64,000 nt of DNA from Balamuthia mandrillaris. Lineage: Eukaryota. A program made the translations under genes and the position numbers. The stretch is from positions 124,001 to 188,000 of the forward strand of contig JAVKOQ020000080.1 of NCBI GenBank assembly GCA_031835245.2, given 5' to 3'. Below are positions 51,676-64,000 of the stretch, piece by piece. A model generated the notes under the pieces. It saw nothing but the letters and a program-made list of their open reading frames with translations, was not told the origin of the DNA and ran no database searches. How positions within the stretch are numbered: the stretch's first letter is position 1; each line of letters opens with the position of its first letter.

Positions 51676-54663
51676 TCATGTCTCTCCGTTTTTCAGGTGT
51701 TGGCGACTTAAGTACTCCAATATCTGCAAATAGTTGTCCGTTCGTGCTTCAGAACGAGGAGGGGCATCCTCCAAAGCATGTTGTTCTGAAAGATGATCAT
51801 CCTCTTCCTCAACGGGAGTGTGGCGATACTCAATCCAGTGATAAGGATTATCTTCTCTACAGGAAGATCCGTCCGCGCAGAGGGGTCGGTTCTTGATTTT
51901 CCACGTATTGGGCTCAAATATGTTCATGACGGTGGAGGAGTAAGCTCCTGGCTTACTAATCGTTTCATTGCCTGTACCTTCGTTTTGCTTTGGTTCCTGG
52001 CTCAATAGGATTGTCAGCAGCGCACCCATCTCTACATTGATATTATTGATAACAATGTTCCAGTCAGATCAATAGGTAATTTGTTGAGGCCACAACCAGG
52101 AAGATAGATTGGGAAAACAAGAAAAACAACTAAAAGAGGAAACACACAGAAACTTGAACACTAAAAAAGCATAACAATTGGAAAAGTACATACCTGATGT
52201 AGTTTCTCTTTTTGGAGACAGTCGGAACGCTTTCCGAACACTGGCGTGAAATGAGGAACGGCGTTGTTGTAATGGTTGTGGTTGTGGTGGTGGTTTAGCT
52301 TGAATTTGTGGTTGTGGTTGTAGTTGAGGGGTTGGAGGTGGTGGCTGAAACGCACGGTGTAGAGAGGGAGGAGATGGAGGAGAAAGTCCTATGGTAGCTG
52401 AAGCAGTTGAGGTAATGCCCTGACGAGATACTTCTCCTTTGCTCCATACATGCAGTGGCTGGGTCTTCTTACTGGATGGCACGCTAATGGCTTGACTTGA
52501 AGAAGGGGTAGTAGAGGTAGTTGCAGCAGCAAAAGAAGATGAAGAAAAGGCACCTCCCAAAACGGGTGGATCGTTCAGACGGTAAGTGGTAGTAAAAGTT
52601 GATGAACGAGAAAAGTTTGGAAAGTTGGTGAGAGACACCGGCGAGGAGGGATCCTCGGAGCCAGAATCTAAGGATGTTTTTGGTGTGGCTGAAGAAGATA
52701 GAGGAGAGGGGACGGATGGGATTGAAGAGGCTTGTCGAGTAGAGAAAGAAGATGATTTTAACCGGGGGCGTATCTTCTTGGTGCGTCGTAAACTTTCACG
52801 GTTGACCCCTTTTTCGAATTTACCAGAGTCGCTGGTCATTGTCCTCTCTTCGATAAACGTTTGAAATAGTTGCGTTTGAGTCAGGAAATGCAAAATAGGT
52901 TGCAGTTCGATGGGTTGGCTTGCCACAAAGTTTATCCGATCGAAGCAGTCAACTACAATGTGAGCATTGCCCCTCTCTTCTGCTGGCAGCTGCATCAGTT
53001 GCTCTTGTCGCTGACGTTCGCGCTCTGATGGAGAGATGATGAAACTGCGATAGCTAGCCAACAGGTCCACCATGAATGCCACGAAGCCGTTGGCTAAGTT
53101 CTGCATCGCTTCTTGTGGCATCTCTTTCTTATTTTCTTCAACGTCATTGTGATTATCAGCACCAGCAAGGCTTTGCTCTTCTGTATCGACGGCGGCGTTG
53201 TTGTGGTTGGTGTTGAATTGTGTGGCAGCAGCAGCGAAGAGAGAGCCAACGGACTTACTCTTGGTTTTTCGAGTTAAAGGTTGTGATTGATGCTGGCGGA
53301 TAGAAGGGAGCTTGGCCAAAATGGCTCTGCGATGGACGTCGATGATATCATGAAGTGGGCCGACGGTGGCAGGAGGCATAAACTCCGTATCTTGAATAGT
53401 AGGAGGAGCAATGTACTTGTTGTTGTCAATGTCTATCAGGACCACGTCCTCCATGCTGTCGCTCATGGCTCTTAGCTCCGGCACAGCAGACCGCAGCACT
53501 CCTACCACAAAAGGCATCGGTGCGCAGCAATAGGTAAGCATGCTGCGAGGAAGCACGGGAATGAAGACGTGCTGCCAGGAAAAAGGGTAGAGGAGGGCCA
53601 CCATGGCTTGTACGCATGCCGACAGCGTACTGACCCCATCCGCCACAAATATGATCCTCCTCTCCACCAGCAAGGAGGCAAAAACGGCTAACACGTTGTC
53701 AGCATCAAGATGGCGAAGCAGCGGTCCAAAGTCGACATGTTCCAGCAAAGAGTCACTGTGTTCATCCGGCCGCATGAACGTGTAGCAGCGCAGTTCATTG
53801 AGTGAAGGGGCGTGCAGGTTCACCCATACCGCTATCCGTTGTGCTGGTTTTGGCATGGCTTCCTCCCATAGCCGTCCTAACAGTTGTGAACACAAGCACA
53901 CAAACTCTTTTGTTGTTGTTGTTGTGGTTTTTGTTGAGAGTGAGCTTTGAAACGAAAATACAGAGCAGAGTCATAGAGCAGAGCGACAAAACGGAAGAGA
54001 AGAGGTGGAGAGAATGGTTCATGAACGGCAGAGGGTACCTTGTTCGGAGGGAAGGCCTTGCTCACCCAAGCGCATAACTTCGTCCAGTATTTTGGAGAAG
54101 ATGGAGAAACAAGGAGTGAAGCTTAGCAAACAGAAACACTGAGGGAGTACCCTCTCCTTATTCTTTTTCTTGCTCTTTTTCTTCTTTTTGTCAGCCGTTG
54201 ACCCGTCTACAGAGGAACTCTCCGAAGAAAAAGAAGAAGAAGAGGGAGAACCAAAGAGCGGCACGAAGCGACGACAATAACCCCACCGCTTTCCTCCTGT
54301 AAGGTCCGTCAGCACGAACGAGAACGTGTCGCTGTTGTGCCGTCGTTGCCGCTTGTTGGAGGAAGGAAAGCACACGTCCAGTTCTTCCTCGTTGGTCACA
54401 TCTGGAAAACAAAAGTCTTTGATGAACTCCAAGCTGCTGGCCTTACTGCTCTCTCCCTCCGCTGGAAACTTGTACTTCACGAAAGGGACCAACTGCCTTC
54501 CTCCTGAGCTCTTGGTCTTCTCCTTCTCAGCGGCTTTATTGGAGGCGGAGGGTGAGTCCACTTCGTCGGCGTACTGCAGGCCAACCACCACAAAGTAGTC
54601 GAACAACCGTTGCATTGCCTCTTTGCTGCCCTTCTTCCTGTTTATCGCCCTAAAGTCCTCCAT
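51676..54663 (-). CDS. DENN-domain Rab GEF (DENND1/2-like) with C-terminal PBZ-type zinc finger
   Basis: uDENN LFDYFVVVGL, FCFPD, FSFVLTD...WGYCRR; cDENN SLLVERRIIF, LLYPFSWQHVFIPVLP, APMPFVVGV; dDENN TQLFQTFIEER. The last exon (CADGSSCREDNPYHWIEYRH) joins in frame through the AG at about 52032. Confidence 0.85.
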
Positions 54664-54912
54664 GTTTGTGCCTCCCCCTCTCCTTCGTATTTGGCCAAAT
54701 AAGAAGGCGCGCTTCTCCGGCCGCTTTCAAGAAGTAGTAGCAAAACCTTGCTCCCTTCCTTCCTCCCTTCCTTCCTCCCTTCCTTCCTCCCTTCCTTCCT
54801 TCTGTTTTTTTTTTTTTTTTTCTCGCAAACCATTACTTTTCATGTCGACACGAATGCTTGCTCCAAAAAAAAAGATAAAGTGAACAAAAAGAGAGAAAGA
54901 GAGAGGAGGGAG

Positions 54913-57255
<2,343 letters not shown>

Positions 57256-59032
57256 ATGGCAAATAAACACATGGTTATGTATGCAACATGAGTACATATT
57301 GATTAGATAGGCATAAGCTATGAGACCAAACTGGGTATCATGTTGAATGAATACACTCGCCTTAAGTTCTTTGGGAGAACAGTTTAACATAACCAGCAAG
57401 AAAAATGTAATGTCACAACCCGGCCTTGGGTTGTGCCAATCCCTCTCTCTCATACAATGCTCACAAAGGAGAGATAAGATTGGGGTGGTTCTTGGTTTGC
57501 TCTTATTAGAAAGACCCGCTTTGTGTGTACAGTTTCTCTCCCTATTTCTTCTATTCTCTCTTTTTTTCCGGTTTTTCCCTGCTTTGTAACAATGACCTCT
57601 GGGAACAGTAGGGAGAAGGAATACTAAGAGATTCCGTTGATTGGCTGGCTGATGTCATCCTAGCAATCAGACCAGGATTGCTCCGTGTGACATCTCAAGA
57701 CAACAGCAACACTTGTTGGCTTGAAAGTCAATGTCATGGTGTTACAGCTTCTCCATCCCCATAGATCTTCTTCACTCCCAAGCCTCTTTCCCAGTACATC
57801 ATGCCATAGTCTACTTCTTTTTCCTTGTCCTTTGCCTGTTTGCCTTTCTTGTTGTTGCCACTCGGCTGTTGCCTAGGTTGTCACAGTACAGATCTTGTTT
57901 TTTCACCTAACAGTTGTGCCACGGAGTGTATCCTTTCCATTTGACAAGGTATTCCACTAGGTTAGGGTTAGAGGCGGTTACTCAGAACCTACGGCATTCA
58001 ACTCCCCATGGTCCATTCTATAAAACTCTAAGTCTATAAGTCCAACAGATAAAGTGGGGCAAAGTAGCAATTTTTTCAATTTTCTCATAGGAATAAATAT
58101 ATATAATCTAACTGGATATAATCATAATATCATCATCTTCATCATCATCATCATCATCATCATTCTCCTTTGTCTCTTTTTCTTCATCCACACAAGCGAT
58201 TGCAGCAAAGAATGAATAAGAAAAAAAACAACCAAGTTTGAGTAAAATCAGGTTGTGAGGAATAACAGAGGGAGAGGAGGAAAATAGGAAAGAAAAAGTA
58301 GCACTCCATCAGAGCGCCAACAGCATAGGTGGATGAGGGAAAAGAGGAAATCAAAAAAGTCAAAATGACAAAGTTTGAAAAGCACAGAGGTGTGAAGGGA
58401 ATAAAAAGGGAGTGATGCAAAATAAGGAAGCTGTTGGAAAACTCCAACATAGTAGCTCTTCTTTCTGCCGAGTTCTCCTTCTGCCATCAACCTGAGGAAA
58501 CCTCTCATCTTTCCCTTCTCCTTTTTTTGATGTTTCCTTTTTTCTTCTTCCCCTTTTATGCTGATATTTCTTTTTCTTCTTTTATAGTTCTTTCTTTCAG
58601 TTTAAATACTGCTTCTTCTACTTTCTTTCTTTCTTCTCTGGGGACAACTTACAACAAAATACTCTACTTGTATTCTTTACTTTAGTAAATTAAGTTCAGG
58701 TCTCGTACTTACTTTGTCTCCGCTATCATTCCCGTTCTTATTTTACAACATTTTTTTTTTATGACTCGTTCTGATTTACTACATATCTACTGAGTCTCAC
58801 TCTACTCAAGTCATTCTTCAACTCCCTCATATAGATAGTACGCTCCTTGGCTTATTGCTAAGGTCACTTCGCTATTCGTCGCGTTTTTGGCGCTTATTTC
58901 AAGCCCTTCCCACTCAGAACTTATCTGAGACACGCTATGGATTCAGCTACTGAGACATCAACCCAGTGTATCATATCAACTTTTGTTCATGCTTATAGGA
59001 GTTATATTTTATTTTTGGTAAGCTTCTCTACA

Positions 59033-62000
59033 ATGTCTAACCTTCCTACTTCCAGTACACCCACTGAGAAGAAGGACGGTTTGCCAAGCTTTGGTGACAT
59101 AGATGTTAATGAAAACAGTTCCAAAGCTACTCTTGCTCGCCTGCTAAGGAGGAAAGCAGAACTAGCTCTTGCGATCTCCAGGCTGCCTTATCATGGGACT
59201 CTAGCAGGGAGGAAGAAGACAAGAAAAGATTTGATGACTTGTGCCACCAGAAGAGCGAACTGATGGAGATGATCAACCAACTTGCTGTGATCTGCAAGGA
59301 AGAAAGTGAGCCACTGTTCCAACTGCGGTCGAACCTGCCTTCGCAGTTTCTGGTGAACAATCTGTTGACTCCTTATGTTTCTCCCAAAGGTTCCACCTCC
59401 ATGGGTGCAGTCGCACCAAAGGCGGTGAAATCTCTTCCTGTTGCGTTCTCTTCCAAATGTTTTCTGCTTCGCTCTGCCATGGAAACTTCCACAGCTGGCT
59501 CCTCTTCTGAGTGTGGTTTCACTGAACCCTCAAACAACCCAGGAAGCAAGGAAAAATATCCAAAGCTCCCCCAAAATCTTCCTACCTTCGATCTGAAGAC
59601 CAAAGGAAAAGATAATCTGCTTATCTTTTCAGAGCGCTTACACTTCGCCCTTAGCAGCATGTCTTACCCAGAAAACCTCTGGCATTATGCCTTGATTTCC
59701 CAGATCAAGGATCTGTTGGCTCAGCACTGGGCTATCCAGAACCTTTGTCACCCAGAATGGCCTTGGGATAGGCTCATAGCCACTTTCCACAACCACTTTG
59801 GCAGCAGGAACCTGCAGAATGTGCTGCATACAGAGTTCTGCCACTTTTCCTTCAAACCTGGAGAGTCTGTTCGAGAATTCTCGGAGTGCTTCCAAGAGCT
59901 CATTGACCAGATGACCTGTCTGCCTCAGCTTGAAGATATTCTTGCCGTTCTCTGAAACGCTCTTCCTGAAGAACTTGTCTCAGGATTTATTTCTTCTTGC
60001 ATCACCAACCCCTCTACTTCTCTGGTTGATGCCATTGGCATTGCCTTGGAACATGAATCCGCCTTGGACGCTTGTAGTAAGAGAAAGTCCTTGAGAGTTT
60101 CCCCCCTGAGCAACTTGAGCAACAACAAAGGGGCCAAGAACAGCAAACCTTGGTGCTCTTTTCACTGTACACATGGTCATTCAGACAAGGACTGCTGAGT
60201 CCTCTCCAAGAAAAAGAGTGATGGATCCTCCTCCTCCTCTTCCTCTGCCCCTGCTACTCCTTCTGGTGCTCCTCAGCAACCAGCCGGCATCTGCTATAAG
60301 TGTGGCAAGGCCGGACATATGGCTGCTCCTCCTTCTGGTAGTGCAGCCTCCCCTTCTCCCCCTCTGGTTGCTCCTTCTTTAAACAACATAGAAGAGAATC
60401 CCTTTCAAGAGTTTGAGCAAGCCACAGCAGAGCTGTTTATGCTCGGTCTTGACGATCATGAAGTTCCTGCCTCCGATAACCCCTCTTCTGCTCCTATTGC
60501 AGCTCCTATTATGGTTCTGGCAACCTTGAACAAGCAAAGAGTCATGGCCCTACTCGACACTGGTGCCTCCTCTTCCTTTGTGGATCCTTCTCTTGTGGAA
60601 CAGTTTTGGCTTAAAATGACCAACACTCAACAGGATGTGGTTCTGGGAGATGATTCCTCTGCCACTGTGTCTGCCATTGCCCCTCACATTCACGTAGCAT
60701 GTGGTACTCAGAAGTTCTTCCACAACTTCCTTGTCCTCAAGCTGTCCAGCTCCACCCAAGTGATCTTTGGCCAAGACATCCTTGACAGGATCAGTATTGG
60801 TCTGTTTGGCATTCCGGTCTGTTTTCCTGGCCCCAAGCCTTTGGTGCCAGATGACAAGAACATCACTTCTTCTGATAAGTACGTGGAGTCTCCCTTGCCT
60901 CCAGAGCTTCAAAAGGCCATTGTAGACCGTATTAAGGACTTTCTTGAAGAAAACAGCTGTATCCCTCAAGGTCCTTCCTGTCCGCTTCCTGAGGGTACTA
61001 TCTGCTTGGATACCAGTGATCACCCTTTAATATTCAAGCACCAGTATCCTATTCCAGAAGTCTGGCACTCCTCCATCAACAAGCAACTCGAAGAATGGTA
61101 CCATCACAAAGTTATTATTGATGCGCCCATGGACTCGCCATGGAATTCGCCCATTCTTTGCGTGCCCAAGAAGGATGCTAATGGTAACTGGACTTCAGCT
61201 CGTACCTGCATTGATCCACGAGCAATCAATCCTATCATTATGGATATCCACTTTCACATTCCTGGTATCCTTGCTGTTGTAGAGTATGTCATTGGGTTCT
61301 GTATTGCCAGCTTGCTAGATTTGGTCTGGAGCTTCATGCAGCTTTTTATCTTTGGGCCTCATCAAATCAAGCTCACCTGGTGTGGGTGTTGCTTCTGCTT
61401 TCATGGAGCTCCCTTTGGGGTGAAGATTGTTCTGGCCACTATGCAGCATCTCCTTGCTGCTGTGCTTAAGGACCTTGCTGATTGTGCTGCACACTACATT
61501 GATGATTGCCTCGTCTTTTCCCGCTCTGCCTCTATAGATGAGCATGTTGAAAAGCTATACTTGGTATTACGTGCCATCAATAATGCTAGTCTCTGTCTCT
61601 GTATCAAGAAGTGCCATTTTGGCTTCTTACGACTCTGACTGGTTGGGTACATTGTCTCCAGCGAGGGCTATGCTCCTGATCTGGACAAGCTTTCAGCCTT
61701 CAACAGCCTTCCTGTACCTACTACTGGCAAGCAACTTCAGTCTTATCTGGGCTTTGTCAACTTCCTGCGCAGCTTTGTGCCCCTGTATTCTCGCTTAACA
61801 GCTCCGCTAGACGCCCTACACAACATTCCAGATGTGCGACCCTTTTGGAATAAGAACTGTGATGAAGCTATCAGCGCCCTTTGCTGAATCCTTAGCTCGC
61901 CTCTGGTTCTGAGCAAGCTGGACCCCAGTCTTCCCTTTCTTGTTGGTACTGATGCTTCCCAGTATGGTGTTGGTGCTGTGCTCTATTAAGAGTCTATTGA

Positions 62001-62596
62001 TGGTATTCACTGTTATATTGCCTTTGCCAGTTGTGCCCTCAACGCTGCTCAATGCAACTACTCTGCCACAAAATGTGAACTTCTTGCTGTGGTCTTCACC
62101 CTCCACCAGTTCTGCTGTTGGCTGTGGGACCGCCACTTTACCTTGTTCACAGACCACAAGGCCTTATCCTATCTCTTTACAGCCAAGCATTCTTTGTTCA
62201 TGCTTAATCACTGGGCCTTTTTGCTGCTCCAGTTTGACTTCGACATCATCCACCAGTCTGGCATCCAGATGGTTTTGGATGATGTGCTTTCCCGCCTCTA
62301 CCTGCCCAACTTTTGGGAGGAAGATGGTCTGGCTTCATCAGTAGTTCCAAATGACATCAAAACCTTGGCTCCAGTAAAGAAGCAACGCAATGTTCCAAGA
62401 GTTCCTTCCTTGTCTGTGCTTGATGCCTCTCAGCATCCTCTAATTGCTCCGTCAAGAGAACTCATCTGCTACATCAAGCTGTTCTTGGACAAAACGGCCC
62501 CCTTTTCTGTGGAGGAGCAACAGGAGCTACTCTCTCACCTCCATCTCTTCAACAAGGTATGGAACAAAGGTTTCTTCTGGCCTTCCCTTTGGGCTG
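59033..62596 (+). mobile_element. Degenerate Ty3/gypsy LTR retrotransposon gag-pol (LTRs not resolved; integrase interrupted)
   Basis: Gag with partial zinc knuckle CYKCGKAGH, protease LLDTGASSSFV, RT SPWNSP...YIDD, RNase H TDASQYGVGAVL...TDHKAL, and the start of the integrase region GFFWPSL. Order is PR-RT-RH-IN, mostly in one frame with several in-frame stops. Confidence 0.9.
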
Positions 62597-62733
62597 TGTA
62601 TACCACTCTCCCATAATACCTATCCCTATCTCTCCTTGTATATATATCTCTTCTATTCATTTTATTAAAGGTCTTTTCCCTACGTCCATCGAGTTGGTGT
62701 CCGTTAGGTTGTTCCCCTACCGGCCTTATCACA
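62597..62733 (+). repeat. Putative 5' LTR (137 bp) of a second retrotransposon
   Basis: Starts TGT, ends ACA, contains TATATA and ATTAAA, is followed 2 nt later by the PBS-like TGGCGACATCGG (62736), and begins exactly where the older element's pol frame breaks. Confidence 0.65.
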
Positions 62734-62856
62734 CTTGGCGACATCGGCTTACTTTTTTCTTGGTAAGTTCGGTTTTCGGGTAATTAACCTATTTTGGATA
62801 CTCGGGGTTTTTCGGAGGAAACTTGGAGCGCTTTTGTAGCAGTGTTCGGTGACACA

Positions 62857-64000
62857 ATGTCAGGAACTTCGCCGCAGACAGGTACAACACCTTCTTCTGG
62901 TACCCAGAGCGGTCCACTTTCCGGTGGTGCTATCCCTCCAGCTTCCGACACTCCCTCCCCTACTACTACAACTCTTCCAACGGACAGGCTAGACGCCATA
63001 GACCAGGCCCTCTCTGAGCTTCGCGCAAGCCAAGCGGACCATGACAAGCTCTGGGTCAAGCAGGCTAGCGGCGCTTCTTCTTTGTCTGACCGCATCGACC
63101 ATCTTGATCAAAAGTTGGAAACCTTTGCAGATGTGCTCTCTAACGACGTTAAACTAGCAAGAAAAAGCAACGATGTAGCTCTTGCAGCTCTTAACGACTC
63201 GATCTCTCGACTGCAAAATCTTCTCAAGGCCCAACTTGCGGACAAAGGACAGAAGGATGACGGTCTCGGCTCTGGGTCCAGCTCTTCGTCTACAAGCGAA
63301 GAGGAGGAAGAAAAGGAGAAGGAGAAGAGAAAAACTCTTAATCTCACGGCCCGCCGTCAAGATTTTCGACGACACACGGCCAAAAACCTTGGTGACAGCT
63401 TGGGCGATGTTCGGCTGACGCAGAGTCTGCTTACCGCAGAAACGCTGCCGACCTTCCATGGCAAGCCAAATGAGGACCCAAACATCTTTTTGACCTCGTT
63501 CGACCGCTATGCGACCGCCGCTGGCTGGAGTCATCAGGATTATATCCTTCACTTTGAAGGACAACTTCGCGATAACGCTGACGTCGTTCGCCGCTTCCTC
63601 GAGCAAGAACGAACGAAAGGTGGCGTCCTACTAACCCCCACGGAAGCGAAAACACAGCTTCTCAACTGCTTCCGGCATCGTGACCGAGCGACTGCTAAGA
63701 TCATGACGCTTGGAAATCTTCGGATGAACGTTGATGAGTCTGTGGACGCTTGGAACTTGCGAGTGCGAACAGCGCTGCGAGAGGCTTTCCTCACGGATTT
63801 CAGCGAGACTCAGGTCTTGGAGAAGTTCGTCGCAGGAGCTGTTCCGGACCTGAAGGAGAAATTCCTTCAGCGGGAGGACATTGCTAATATGGCTGATGCC
63901 CTGAACCTCGCGAGAGACTGGGAAGGACGACGGCACGCGAAGAAGAGCTTTGGACCATCGGTCAAGGAGCTCCCGACGAGAAAAGAACAACAACGACAGC
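62857..64000 (+). mobile_element. Intact gag ORF of a younger LTR retrotransposon (runs off the window)
   Basis: Open frame from ATG 62857 to the window end, absent from the ORF track because it has no stop: coiled-coil N-terminus, LPTFHGKPNEDPNIFLTSFDRYATAAGW, ESVDAWNLRV, KFVAGAVPDLK (capsid-like). Confidence 0.8.

Noticed and set aside
57411..57591. Possible solo LTR (TGTCACAA...TTGTAACA)
   Set aside because: The inverted ends fit, but there is no target-site duplication, PBS or second copy in the window; left unannotated.
57960..57972. GGTTAGGGTTAG telomere-like sequence
   Set aside because: Two units only, which is expected by chance.

Overview
Intron-rich eukaryotic genomic DNA, almost certainly amoebozoan. 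The evidence is a Dictyostelium MyoC-type myosin-I, a Dictyostelium/algal-type P2X receptor and introns full of (CT)n microsatellites; an Acanthamoeba/Balamuthia-like amoeba is my inference. Most ORFs in the six-frame track are single exons or microsatellite artefacts. Recognisable genes: EMC8/9, an FZL/bacterial-dynamin-like GTPase with a mitochondrial-type presequence, a small beta-trefoil protein, a P4-ATPase flippase, a single-lobe EF-hand light chain head-to-head with a long-tailed myosin-I, an F-box protein, a class I PI3K (C1-PH-RBD-C2-helical-kinase), an EROS/CYBC1-like membrane protein near a P2X receptor, a DENN protein with a C-terminal PBZ finger, and a betaine/ALDH9-type aldehyde dehydrogenase. 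The dominant accessory feature is a multicopy family of single-pass surface proteins: five apparently full-length copies (one cut by the window start) plus three broken pieces. They have highly divergent ectodomains and a conserved membrane-proximal domain ending LLLDPD(M/I)SLL before the TM helix. The right end holds a dead Ty3/gypsy element riddled with CpG-type mutations, with a younger LTR element inserted into it. Two canonical U12-type introns are visible. All gene models are hand-spliced, boundaries are approximate, and family assignments come from motif recognition, not database searches.
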